NCBI RefSeq assembly: GCF_001194135.2
Contig: NC_068982.1
Span: forward strand, 22,446,376 to 22,495,456
Length of the DNA: 49,081 bases
Reading direction: 5' to 3'
Source of the DNA: Octopus bimaculoides
Taxonomy: Eukaryota
A program made the translations under genes and the position numbers. Under the pieces are notes generated by a model. That model ran no database searches. It was not told the DNA's origin and worked only from the letters and a program-made list of their open reading frames with translations. Positions 13,226-25,829 of this stretch are shown in pieces. Numbering within the stretch: the stretch's first letter is position 1; the number at the start of each line of letters is the position of its first letter.

Positions 13226-14421
13226 TCCCTGCCTTTCAAAACACAGTATTAAAAATTAATAGATTAAACAGTAGTATATTATCTACACTTGTAACTGTTG
13301 TACAAACCTGCCTAGTATTATAGGTTTTAAAGATAATTTACACACAAAAATAGACACGTACTATACTTAGTATAGTATTCTACCAAGATGGACAACGGAT
13401 GGGTGATCATTACTAAGATAGATTACATAAACAACAATGTGTCAGATGTCAGATTTGTGCAGAATCGATTATAAAGAAAACAAACAAACATGGAAATCAC
13501 CAATGGCAATGATAACTGCATTTATAATATGAAATACTACATGTGTCTTCATTTCATTGGATGCACCCTGTAAAATAGTTTACGTTCGTCTATTGATTTT
13601 TGCCCTCCAAAAACAAGATTATTTTTTCATGAATGAAATTAAATGTAATTTATAAAAATAAAATTACCCGTTCATTTTTTTTTCTACTTGTTCTTTGTCT
13701 CGTCTTATAGATTTCTTCTTTTTTTTTTCTTTTTTTTTTTGTATTTTTTTTTATATTGAACATTTTTACCCTAGTAACTGACTGAAAACAGTAAAAGAAG
13801 ACGAAAATTAAAAGCCAAGAAAGAAGTAAAGAAAATTAAAAGCCAAAGGAAAAAGTAAACCTGTCATTGTATGTCTACGTGGAAAAAAAATTAATCTAAA
13901 TAATAGGATTAAAATTGGGGAAATATTTTTGTTTGCATGAATATGAGAGCAAATAAGAACTTGGAAGGTAGCAGAGAACAAAATCTACAAGGAATATATA
14001 ATCTAGTCTTATACATACATACATACATACATACATACATACATACGTACACACACACATACATAAAGAAATGGAAATATAGATTTGGGGAGATCTTTTT
14101 TTTTTTTCGGTTTCAAAATAAAGCAGAAACACTGCTTTTTGTACTGAGTACTTCTTATATAGTCTGTAAACACAAACATTTACAAAACAACGTAGACACG
14201 GGTGTATATCTCAGTGCAGAGCCACTAAAATCAACCACTTTCACATCAACGACTCTTCACATCCTACATTATGACAAGAGCTCACAGTCCCAAATGATTT
14301 TCTTCCAGCTGTGCTGCAGCAGTTCAGGAAAATGAAATAAGACAAGGCATACAACGCTTTGAGTAAAGTACACACTCTGAAAAACTGCTCATTTATAACC
14401 CAGACCCGAAACTCCTAAAAG

Positions 14422-14772
14422 GTAAACGGTAAACGGAGACCCCGCTTCGGTCACGAATGACCATGGGATTGCACCTAGAAAGTTATCCTCCTAGGCACAA
14501 GTCTGGGCAAGGTTGTTTATGGAAGACCAGCACGCCTATGCATACCAGCCTCCCTTCTCCACGTCACCGATATTATCCAAGGGAAAGGCAAAGAAGCTGA
14601 TACACGTTGGCATCATTGACGACGCAACTCATTTCTACGGCTGAGTGAACTGGAGCAACGTGAAATAAAGTGTCTTGCTCAAGAATACAATACGCAGCTC
14701 GGTCCGGGATTCGAACTCACAACCTCACGGTCGTAAGCTCGACGCTCTAACCACTGAGCCATGCGCCTTCAC
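14422..14772 (-). mobile_element. SINE family E, full length, with a 12-bp target-site duplication
   Basis: Minus-strand head gtgaaggcgcatggctcagtggttagagcg...gagttcgaatcc, CORE-like cttgagcaagacactttatttcacgttgctccag, tail (tttaccg)n. aactcctaaaag flanks it at 14410-14421 and 14773-14784. Confidence 0.92.
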
Positions 14773-15209
14773 AACTCCTAAAAGACCATCATCCAATTAC
14801 ATGATATCTTCATGCATGAACTGCACAGCCCTGCAGTTCTCGGGCCTCTAAAACTGCCGTATTGTTCTTTATCAACTTTGTACAATTCTCTAGGTTAATG
14901 TAGTATCATTGATCTCGACATGAGTAAAGATTTTGCCTGCCACTTATAGGACTCTATCCATACCCAGTATCTTGAATCGGTGTCTTCATGCAGAATGCAC
15001 TATCATGTCGTGTGCTGAGGAAACTCTCTGATCCACATGTTACCAACTCGGGTTTTCTAAATTGATCTACTTACCACGGCCTTCTTTCAGTTTCAGTTTA
15101 TTAAATTCATTCACAAGGTTTTGGTCGTCCCAGAGCTATAGTAGAAGACACTTGCCTAAAATGCTATGCTGTGGCACGAAACCAAACTCTGTGCGTACGT
15201 GTGCGGCGG

Positions 15210-15210
15210 G

Positions 15211-15265
<55 letters not shown>
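15210..15265. repeat. (GATA)n microsatellite
   Basis: Directly visible. Confidence 0.95.
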
Positions 15266-15644
15266 TGAAAAGGTGCGGCATAGTGGTTAGGGTGTTCCAC
15301 TCACGACCACAATATTATAGGTTCGATTCCCGGACCGAGCAAATCATTTGTGCGACTGTTCGGCAAGAAATGGTGGAATCCTCATCTGTCGTCCAGCGAG
15401 ATGGAAGTTCATGATATATGCGAAACTACGATAAACACAAATTCATAACATTGATTCCTACTGAAGTTTCACCACTATCATTGGATGTTCCAAGTGCAGT
15501 TGAATGCATAACGATGAGGATCATCAAAAGAAGACGAAATATTTTTATCTCTGTAACTGAAGTTTTCTCCTCGTGGGCCGTTGCGGTTAAGCATCCTGTA
15601 GCGCTTGGAACGTCCAATGCAGAGTTCCAAATGACCACAATTGT

Positions 15645-15965
15645 GAAATGGCTCAGTGGTAAGAGCGTCGGACTCACAATCATGAGTTAGTGAGTTCTAT
15701 TTCCCGGATTTGCTTGTGTGTTGTGTTTTTGAGCAAGACACTTTATTTCACGTTGCTCCAGTTCACTCAGCTGTAGAAATGAGTTGCGACGTCACAGGTG
15801 CCAAGCTGTGTCGGCCTTTGCCTTTCCCTTTGATAACACTAGTGGCGTGGAGAGGGGAGGCCGGTATGCATGGGCGACTGCTGGTCTTCCATAAACAACC
15901 TTGCTCGAACTTGTGTAGGAGCAAACCGCTGGACATTTATGACTGAAGTGGGTCTTTACCTTTTA
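15645..15965 (+). mobile_element. SINE family E copy with internal deletions
   Basis: tggctcagtggtaagagcgtcgg...gagcaagacactttatttcacgttgctccagttcactcagctgtagaaatgag...ggtctttacc; reverse complement of 14422-14772. Confidence 0.88.
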
Positions 15966-16057
15966 CCCTTTTTCGTTGGAACAAATGATACCAACTTGTG
16001 TGTTATGGTAACTTCTCCTACATTTGCTCTAGATATCATAACCAGTATTTCTACTAA

Positions 16058-16310
16058 GTGTGGAGGCACGTGGCTTAGTGATTAGGGTGTCAGCATCATG
16101 ATCGTAAGATTGTGGTTTCGATTCCTGGACCGGGCAACGCGTTGTGTTCTTGAGCAAAACACTTCATTTCACGTTGCTCCAGTCCACTCAGCTGGCAAAA
16201 ATGAGTAACGCTGCAATGGACTGGCTGGGGAACACATACGCCATTGAAACCGGAAAACCGGGTCCATGAGCCTGGGTAGGCTTTAAAAGAGCGCATTTAT
16301 TATTTTTTTA
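16058..16310 (+). mobile_element. E-related SINE (same head and CORE-like body, different 3' end)
   Basis: gtggaggcacgtggcttagtgattaggg...ggtttcgattcctgg...cttgagcaaaacacttcatttcacgttgctccagtccactcagctgg. Confidence 0.8.
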
Positions 16311-16805
16311 AATTTTTATTAAGTATAGTAGTAGGCAAACAACTACATTGAAAGCAGACTGAACAGTGATAATCTACGTAGAGCTCTTAACTCAACAGGA
16401 GCAGGCATACATCTAAATGTACACGCAAAGTATATATTAGGGATTCTCAACCATGCTTTTTATCTATTGACTCCTTTGATTATTATTTCATTTTAGTGGA
16501 CACCCATAGCCATTCGATGCTTAAAAACTGTTTTTATAGAAGTTTCTATCAAAATTCCTATTTTCAAACATTCACTTGTGTAGGTCAAACAATGTAAAAA
16601 AACAAATGTTAGAGAATGAAACTTAGCTGTTTCTTGCAAAATATACCAATGATACGTCTAGAGCAAAATTTCTTCAGGGGCCCTTAAAAAACTATCGTGG
16701 ATCTCCGATCTACTGATTTGTTACATGCATCTCCCCCAAATTTTTATTAACCCTCAATAGCCATACGGCCTCCGTTATGAACCACTGGTATATATATATA
16801 TATAT

Positions 16806-17105
16806 TGTGCTTCCGAGAATCTAATTTATGTTATAACTTGCACTGATTGTAGCCATAACTATATAAGGCAGACAAGTATGACACTGAGACGGAGAACCAC
16901 ACTACATAAGGATCAGATCCGGTTCCCGCAATACAGACAAATTCGATTGATTGGACACATAGAGAGATGTGCAGGTAATATCCAACCAAACTTCACAGTT
17001 TTCCCCATCTACCAGTGCAAAGAAACAATTTCTATACAACAAAGTTTAGATATAGAAAATTTGTTCATCGAAAAATACAGAACACGTGTAAATATGAACG
17101 CATAA
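16806..17105 (+). pseudogene. Penelope-like retroelement GIY-YIG endonuclease, C-terminal end of the ORF
   Basis: Extending the 16878 ORF upstream in frame gives CASENLIYVITCTDCSHNYIRQTSMTLRRRTTLHKDQIRFPQYRQ...IGHIERC...IENLFIEKYRTRVN*. The NLIY..CxxC..YIGQT motif (G mutated to R) and the terminal IE..FI..Y..LN-like motif fit PLE GIY-YIG domains. Confidence 0.85.
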
Positions 17106-17489
17106 CCAACTTTGATCTCATTACGTATTTTAATTCATGATCACATACCCATCACTATACATATTTTTCTCACTATTAACAATTACCTCTCCTGTCCTCA
17201 ATAATAACGATCACTAATTACCTCCCCTTAGATTTTTCTACTTGTTAAATCATTCATTTATAAACTTCTCCACACACAATATGGACTAAAATCTTCTGAA
17301 GAAAATACGAAATTACAATAGTTTCAGTGTCATGATTAGTGAAAGCGAAACCGATCGAGAAACACAATATAATTTTTTTTTTTTAATATATATTAAAATT
17401 ATGTAAAGTGTGTGCAATTTCCTTCTATTTTATATATATATATTTGCATTACAACTCGCCACGTGAAAATAATCAAAATTCCTCCCTTT

Positions 17490-17526
17490 GTGTTACTATA
17501 TATATATATGTGTGTATATATATGTG

Positions 17527-17577
<51 letters not shown>

Positions 17578-17586
17578 GTGTGTGTG

Positions 17587-17644
<58 letters not shown>

Positions 17645-17865
17645 TATAAACATATATATACATCTATATAAATACATATATAAATATATATATATACAAA
17701 TATAAATATATATATACAAATATGAATATATATACATGAATATATATACATATATATATATATATATATGAATATATATACATATATATATATATATATG
17801 AATATATATACATATATATATATATATGTATGTATATATACACACACACACGTATATACATACCC
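17490..17865. repeat. (TA)n/(TG)n/(CA)n compound microsatellite
   Basis: Directly visible. Confidence 0.95.
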
Positions 17866-18430
17866 TCATGAATTTTGATTCAAGTTTGAATCAAAAATGT
17901 TGAATATATAATTTAGATTAGCAATGTTTTTTGAGTGCTTCATTAAAGAGCAACCTTCTTGGTCACTTGTTTAAGAGTATCAGATANNNNNNNNNNNNNN
18001 NNNNNNNNNNNNNNNNNNNNNNNNNNNNNNNNNNNNNNNNNNNNNNNNNNNNNNNNNNNNNNNNNNNNNNNNNNNNNNNNNNNNNNNNNNNNNNNNNNNN
18101 NNNNNNNNNNNNNNNNNNNNNNNNNNNNNNNNNNNNNNNNNNNNNNNNNNNNNNNNNNNNNNNNNNNNNNNNNNNNNNNNNNNNNNNNNNNNNNNNNNNN
18201 NNNNNNNNNNNNNNNNNNNNNNNNNNNNNNNNNNNNNNNNNNNNNNNNNNNNNNNNNNNNNNNNNNNNNNNNNNNNNNNNNNNNNNNNNNNNNNNNNNNN
18301 NNNNNNNNNNNNNNNNNNNNNNNNNNNNNNNNNNNNNNNNNNNNNNNNNNNNNNNNNNNNNNNNNNNNNNNNNNNNNNNNNNNNNNNNNNNNNNNNNNNN
18401 NNNNNNNNNNATATATATATATATATATAT

Positions 18431-19080
18431 ATAATCGAATGAATAATAACATACGATGGATAATTGTCAGCTCATTACTGCTGTTTCTTACGTAACTTTT
18501 TAATAGAAGAATGAGAACATTAAATTATTACAAAAAACCGTAATCGTCATCAGTAAGGATGAAGAATGGGTGAAGAAAAATAAAAGTACACAAGCTAATT
18601 AGGCATAGGGTCGGGGCAAAGGAACCTCTCGCTAATGTTAAATGACCCTTACTTTTGCTACATTCTTTCTTTATCCTTAATTTATATTATAGCCTCTCCT
18701 TACTTCCCACTGGTCTAAGATTACTATACTAAAATATCGCCTACACCCCACTTCAGTCTACCTATGAAGTAGTATAGCAGACTCCTCTCTCACTCGGGTA
18801 ACTGACCTTAGATATCATATTACACACTTTCAAGAACTATATTCTTAACCTCAACGGCCAACTTAGTTGGTTATTCTCCCATTGGCCTTGACAGACTTCA
18901 GACACATCCTTGCTATATTCTTGGGATGTCCTTTTGTTTTGTAAAATTACTCCTCATCTGATGTTACGGTCTTCTGTAATGGAGTAATGTTCTCATTCTT
19001 CTATAAAATAAAAGTTACGTAAGAAACAGCTGTAATGAACTGACAATTATCCATCGCATGCTATTATTCAAATGATTATA
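18431..19080. mobile_element. Foldback/MITE-like element with about 130-bp imperfect terminal inverted repeats
   Basis: 18431-18558 (ataatcgaatgaataataacatacgatggataattgtcagctcattac...) is the reverse complement of 18951-19080, and the left end abuts (TA)n. Confidence 0.75.
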
Positions 19081-19365
19081 AGACACAAAGGGAACTTACG
19101 ACTTGTCGGACACCCCAGATTATAGCAACAGCGTACTATTCAAAGTAACACGTGACTTGGACCAGCCTCTGGACGCTAAATACTCATAGAGTTGGTTTTC
19201 TTCTGTTTTCCTATTTGATGCTCACCAATCATAGGCCAGAACCACAGAGATTATTCAAACCTATCTGGTGCATATCTTTTCAAGTACCTGATTCTATCTG
19301 AATTCTTATTTTGCTATCGCTGATCACTACACACATTTTTTTCTCTCCTTGTTTCTTTCTGTGTT

Positions 19366-19404
19366 CTTTTCTGTGGAAGAGCGTAGGCTCGAAACGTTAA
19401 AGAC
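19366..19404 (+). ncRNA. Hammerhead-like motif (minimal type I), variant core
   Basis: cttttCTGTGGAaGAGCgtagGCTCGAAACGTTaaagac: stem II GAGC/GCTC, GAAAC-GU-H, short stem I. The core is CUGUGGA rather than CUGANGA. Confidence 0.45.
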
Positions 19405-19888
19405 ATTTTCAATTCCAGAGCGTTATACTAATACATCTATTTGTTTTCTACACCACCTCTCTTNNNNNNNNNNNNNNNNNNNNNNNNNNNNNNNNNNNNN
19501 NNNNNNNNNNNNNNNNNNNNNNNNNNNNNNNNNNNNNNNNNNNNNNNNNNNNNNNNNNNNNNNNNNNNNNNNNNNNNNNNNNNNNNNNNNNNNNNNNNNN
19601 NNNNNNNNNNNNNNNNNNNNNNNNNNNNNNNNNNNNNNNNNNNNNNNNNNNNNNNNNNNNNNNNNNNNNNNNNNNNNNNNNNNNNNNNNNNNNNNNNNNN
19701 NNNNNNNNNNNNNNNNNNNNNNNNNNNNNNNNNNNNNNNNNNNNNNNNNNNNNNNNNNNNNNNNNNNNNNNNNNNNNNNNNNNNNNNNNNNNNNNNNNNN
19801 NNNNNNNNNNNNNNNNNNNNNNNNNNNNNNNNNNNNNNNNNNNNNNNNNNNNNNNNNNNNNNNNNNNNNNNNNNNNNNNNNNNNNNNC

Positions 19889-20247
19889 AACTGGTACTTA
19901 ATTTATCGACCCCAAAAGGAAGAGAGGTAAAGTCGACCTCGGCGGAATTTGAACTGAGAACGTAAAGACAGACGAAATACTGCTAAGCATTTCGCCCGGC
20001 ATGCTAACGTTTCTTATTTCTTTATTGCCCACAAGGGGCTAAACATAGAGGGGACAAACAAGGACAGACAAAGGGATTAAGTCGAATACATCGACCCCCA
20101 GTGCGTAACTGGTACTTAATTTATCGACCCTGAAAGGATGAAAGGCAACGTCGACCTCGGCGGAATTTGAACTCAGAACGTAGCGGCAGACGAAATACCG
20201 CTAAGTATTTTCACCCGGCGTGCTAACGTTTCTGCCAACTCGCCGCC
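19889..20247 (-). mobile_element. Two SINE family B copies in tandem/nested (19889-20012 and 20013-20247)
   Basis: The tail of the second copy (cttatttctttattgcccacaagggg) joins the first inside its head at gctaacgtttct. Confidence 0.9.
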
Positions 20248-20259
20248 TTAAATCGAGAT

Positions 20260-21400
20260 ATATGTTAATGAGTTTGCGTTTGTATGTACATGTGTGTGTA
20301 TTAGTGTATGGTGCGTATGAAGTATATATGTATACATGTACATCTGTGTGAATGTATGTGTATATAACCATATATGTATGTGTGTATGTATGTAGGTATG
20401 TATATGCGTACATATATAAACATATATATTATGTGTGTATGTATGTAGGTATGGATATGTATGTAGGTGGGTATATATATATATNNNNNNNNNNNNNNNN
20501 NNNNNNNNNNNNNNNNNNNNNNNNNNNNNNNNNNNNNNNNNNNNNNNNNNNNNNNNNNNNNNNNNNNNNNNNNNNNNNNNNNNNNNNNNNNNNNNNNNNN
20601 NNNNNNNNNNNNNNNNNNNNNNNNNNNNNNNNNNNNNNNNNNNNNNNNNNNNNNNNNNNNNNNNNNNNNNNNNNNNNNNNNNNNNNNNNNNNNNNNNNNN
20701 NNNNNNNNNNNNNNNNNNNNNNNNNNNNNNNNNNNNNNNNNNNNNNNNNNNNNNNNNNNNNNNNNNNNNNNNNNNNNNNNNNNNNNNNNNNNNNNNNNNN
20801 NNNNNNNNNNNNNNNNNNNNNNNNNNNNNNNNNNNNNNNNNNNNNNNNNNNNNNNNNNNNNNNNNNNNNNNNNNNNNNNNNNNNNNNNNNNNNNNNNNNN
20901 NNNNNNNNNNNNNNNNNNNNNNNNNNNNNNNNNNNNNNNNNNNNNNNNNNNNNNNNNNNNNNNNNNNNNNNNNNNNNNNNNNNNNNNNNNNNNNNNNNNN
21001 NNNNNNNNNNNNNNNNNNNNNNNNNNNNNNNNNNNNNNNNNNNNNNNNNNNNNNNNNNNNNNNNNNNNNNNNNNNNNNNNNNNNNNNNNNNNNNNNNNNN
21101 NNNNNNNNNNNNNNNNNNNNNNNNNNNNNNNNNNNNNNNNNNNNNNNNNNNNNNNNNNNNNNNNNNNNNNNNNNNNNNNNNNNNNNNNNNNNNNNNNNNN
21201 NNNNNNNNNNNNNNNNNNNNNNNNNNNNNNNNNNNNNNNNNNNNNNNNNNNNNNNNNNNNNNNNNNNNNNNNNNNNNNNNNNNNNNNNNNNNNNNNNNNN
21301 NNNNNNNNNNNNNNNNNNNNNNNNNNNNNNNNNNNATAAATAATATATGTACATACCTACATATATATATGTATATATACATGCATATATGGGTACAGGA

Positions 21401-21443
<43 letters not shown>

Positions 21444-21560
21444 CATACATACATGCGCACATACATATATATGTTTATATATTTATGTCTATACATGCAT
21501 TCGTTCATACATACATACATACATACATACATACGTGCACATACACACATATACGCTGAG
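20260..21560. repeat. TA/TATG/CATA compound microsatellite spanning a gap
   Basis: Directly visible. Confidence 0.9.
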
Positions 21561-22293
21561 GACAGGTATATTATTGTTTTATATACATCTAAAACTGCTT
21601 TGTATTTCCTTTATTTTCTGTTGCCTGGAGATCAGGACAATTATGATGTCATTTCACATTTTTTATTCTCTTCATTAATGACCAAAAGCATTAATGTAAC
21701 CAAGGAATGTCTACGTTCCTTCAGCCGACATCAAAAAACTTTTTTATGCATCTGTATCTTGTTCTCGTATATTAAGTCACCATACCAAACGAAAAGCAGC
21801 TGTAAACCGTACATCATCTGTCGTCATTTTGAATTACCTGAAGATGAGTCATGGCTGAGCGGTTAAGAAGTTAGCTTCTTAGTCATGCAGATCCGGTTTC
21901 CATCAGCCTACATGGCACCTCGGGTAAATATTTTCTGTCATTCTGGGATACATTGTGAGTAAAATTTGATATGTCTGAATAGCAGAAATTCGTCATAAAT
22001 ACAATTAATAGCCTTTACTGTACTTTATGGTGTAGCAATGCTATATTCGTGTTTTAACTCTTTATATAGTCCCATATTAGCTCCTACAAGGGTTTTTCTG
22101 CAAGAGGTCACATTACCATAGCTGTTCGTGCCGACTGGATGCTTTAAGTCATCCAATCAGACCTTTTCCCGCCACAGCAAAACTTGTCTGTTTGAGCTAT
22201 AATGACAAAGGATTGCGTTTGAGATTTCAATGAGGAGAGAATTGTTAGCGGAATTCCATGACGCCATGTTTTGTGTTTCCTCGCTGTATCTTC

Positions 22294-22338
22294 GTGGAGG
22301 CGCAATGGTCCGGTGGTTAGGGCAGCAGACTCGCGGTC
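22294..22338 (+). mobile_element. Isolated 45-bp tRNA head of SINE family D fused to a minus-strand SINE A fragment
   Basis: gtggaggcgcaatggtccggtggttagggcagcagactcgcggtc|ttttgccgaacc; junction at the shared cggtc. Confidence 0.85.
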
Positions 22339-22898
22339 TTTTGCCGAACCGCTAAGTTACGGGGATGTAAACACACCAGCATCGGTTGTCAAGCGATGTT
22401 GGGGGACAAACTCACACACACAAACATATACACACACATACATATATACTCTTTACTCTTTTTACTCTTTTACTTGTTTCAGTCATTTTGACTGTGGCCA
22501 TGCTGGAGCACCGCCTTTAGTCGAGCAGATCGACCCCAGGACTTATTCTTTAGAAGCCTAGTACTTATTCTATCGGTCTTTTTTGCCGAACCGCTAGATT
22601 ACGGGGACGTAAACACACCAGCATCGGTTGTCAAGCGATGTTGGGGGGACAAACACAGACACACAAACATACACACACATATGTATANNNNNNNNNNNNN
22701 NNNNNNNNNNNNNNNNNNNNNNNNNNNNNNNNNNNNNNNNNNNNNNTATATATATATATATATATTTATATACGACGGGCTTCTTTCAGTTTCCGTCTAC
22801 CAAATCCACTCACAAGGCTTTGGTCGGCCCGAGGCTATAGCAGAAGACACTTACCAAGAACCATGTGGTTGGTAAGCAAGATACTTACCACACAGCCA
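22339..22898 (-). mobile_element. Tandem SINE family A copies (partial 22339-22447; near-full 22448-22898)
   Basis: The body gccgaaccgctaagttacgggg...gtcaagcgatgttgggggacaaac occurs twice; the head ends cacacagcca at 22898. Confidence 0.9.
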
Positions 22899-23157
22899 AT
22901 CCTGCGTCTATAGAAATAGAAGCTGTAAGTGGAACAGTAAAATTATGCAAGACTTCTCTCAGGTTTAAAATGCGACATTGTTTACGTTATCTACATTCCA
23001 ACAAAAGAGCTTTTGAATCTTTTGTTAGATATGAACCCCTTCCTCAGAGGAAGAAGTCAGATGATTAAAAGCAGAAGAGAAACATACATACATATATGTT
23101 ATGTATATGTGTATACACACATACAAACCTATATACACATTCATATATATATATATA

Positions 23158-23190
<33 letters not shown>

Positions 23191-23423
23191 AAACACACAC
23201 ACATACATACACAAAGTCATGCCTTTTCATAGATATATGTGCTTCTTCCTGTTTGATTTTTATCTGTGAATATCTACTTTAATACATGTGTACAATGTAC
23301 ATGTATATTTATTCAGAATATTTCATTTTAGTTTTTTTTCCCCTCTTTCTCTTTCTCTCTCTCTCTCTCCCTCCCTCGCTCTCTCTCTCCCTCCCTCTCT
23401 CTCTCTCCCTCTCTCTCTCTCTC

Positions 23424-23484
<61 letters not shown>

Positions 23485-23649
23485 TTAGATTTTGTTTACA
23501 TCTTAAATGTATTGAGTTCTATACTGAGGTGTTATCTTGTTCATTTGATCTAAAATATTTTGAGCGTGTGTCTGTGTGTGTGTGTGTGTGTACATGTATG
23601 AGTGCATATGTGCATTTTTGCATCTATGAATATTTATAAGATATACATG

Positions 23650-23680
<31 letters not shown>

Positions 23681-24469
23681 TGCTATGTATATACAAGCAT
23701 ACTTACATGCCTGCATTTATAAATCTTTAAAAATATGATAATGAACACACACACACACACACAGACTCACAGAGCCACAAACAAAATACATGTGTGTGTG
23801 TATGTGTGCGTGGATGTATACTGGTTTTAGTTTGTATATAATATAATATGTATAGTTATACAAAGACTTATGAAATAGTTCAAACTTGGATTTCAAGAAA
23901 AATATTTCTGCTTTTAACATTTACTTGGCTTTGAAATAAAAGTTATTCTTTAATGTCTATAGCAATTTTTATTTATTTATTTTAGTTATTGAATTCTGAA
24001 TATTATTTGCTTAGATTATTTGCATTTTACTAAAGTAAAATTTATGTATTTGCCAAAACAGGATAAATTGTAATATATAAATCAATTATTGAATTTTTCC
24101 TATTTTTTGACCAAGTAGTAATGCACCAAAAATTTGAAAATATTTTATGGAAACTCATCACTACTTTTTGGGTGTGGCTGAAATATGGCCCTCGGATAGA
24201 AGGTGTTGACATGTACGCCAACAAAGCTTTTATCCTTTCATGTCATACTTGTATTAGCCATTGGACAGTGACCAAGCTGGGGCTGTGATTTTAAAGGATT
24301 TTGTCAAGCGAATTTGGACATGGTACATGTTTTTAAGTCGGGTACTTCTTGTGTCTATTTTCTTTTGCTGAAGGACAAACACATGGTGATGGAGGACAAA
24401 CACATATATAAAAGCCTACACACACAAAATATAAATATGTGTATCTGTGTGTGTTCATATATTTATATT

Positions 24470-24523
<54 letters not shown>

Positions 24524-24757
24524 NNNNNNNNNNNNNNNNNNNNNNNNNNNNNNNNNNNNNNNNNNNNNNNNNNNNNNNNNNNNNNNNNNNNNNNNNNNNN
24601 NNNNNNNNNNNNNNNNNNNNNNNNNNNNNNNNNNNNNNNNNNNNNNNNNNNNNNNNNNNNNNNNNNNNNNNNNNNNNNNNNNNNNNNNNNNNNNNNNNNN
24701 NNNNNNNNNNNNNNNNNNNNNNNNNNNNNNNNNNNNNNNNNNNNNNNCACATATATG

Positions 24758-24812
<55 letters not shown>

Positions 24813-25106
24813 TATACACACACATATATATATACACACACACACACACACATACATATATACACACACAAACACACATATAGACACACACACACATATA
24901 TACATATATATTCTTTTTTTTTTTGTTTGTTTCAGTCATTTGACTGCAGCCATGGTGAAGCACTGCCTTTATATGTGTTTGTGTGTGTTTGTATGTATGT
25001 ATAGGTGCAAGCATGGCTGTCTGTCTGTCTATCTATCTATTTATCTATCTGTATATATATGTGTGTGGCTGTGTCTGTTTGTGTGTGTGTGTATGTATAG
25101 GCACAG

Positions 25107-25210
25107 GCATGGTTGTGTGGTAAGAGGCTTGCTTTCCAACTACATGGTTCTGGGTTCAGTCTGAGCGGCACCTTGGGCAAGTGTCTTTTACTATAGCTTC
25201 AGACCAACCA
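25107..25210 (+). mobile_element. SINE family A head and CORE-like part
   Basis: catggttgtgtggtaagaggcttgctttccaactacatggttctgggttcagt...ggcaccttgggcaagtgtctttactatagc. Confidence 0.8.
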
Positions 25211-25237
25211 AACAACTGTTGACAAATCCTCGATGTG

Positions 25238-25817
25238 TCTGTTTTTGGTGTTTAATTGTAACTGGGGATGAAAAATGGATCTATTTTCATAATCCTAAAA
25301 AGGGAAGCCAATGGCAATAGGTTTTGGCCAGGCTTCAGAATCTGTTGTCAAAGGTGGCTTGAACAGATGATCATGTGTGTTTGGTGGAATTTCGAAAAGT
25401 GCTTTGCATATCAAGCTTCTTACAGATAGTCATGCTACCAATGCCAACCTTTTATACTCAGCAACTGCAATGAGTATATAATGCTTTGAGAGCCCACTGC
25501 CCAGCATTGGTTGATTGAAGGAACACACTACTACAGCATGACAATATCCCAGCACACTGCCAATCTAATCAAATGGCAAACTTCGGGAACTTGATGGGCT
25601 GGAAGTATTACCTCATTCTGCCTATAGTCCAGATCTTGCACCATCCAATTACCACTTTTTCTGAACCATGGCTCATTTCCTGCATGGATGGAGGAAAATG
25701 GGTGTAGGGAGTTTTTTTGCCTCTAAACCAGCTAAATGGTATAAGTGTGGAATTGAGCCTCTGGCACAACAACAGCAACAAACAATAGAATATGATGAAA
25801 TATATTTTGATGAATAA
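25238..25817 (+). pseudogene. Mariner (DD34D) transposase catalytic domain, frameshifted and stop-ridden
   Basis: Manual translation: IVTGDEKWIYFHNPKR...MIMCVWWNF...LYTQQLQ*VYNALRAHCPALVD*RNTLLQHDN...EVLPHSAYSPDLAPSNYHFF...FFASKPAKWYKCGIE...YFDE*. Confidence 0.9.
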
Positions 25818-25829
25818 ATACCTTCTGTA

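Noticed and set aside
14690-14772. tRNA-like sequences here and at other SINE heads (3434, 9881, 35370, 40372)
   Set aside because: Each is fused to a repeated SINE body and lacks a full cloverleaf, so none is called as a tRNA gene.
18540-18560. ctgatga on the minus strand in the foldback arm
   Set aside because: No downstream GAAA in either arm.
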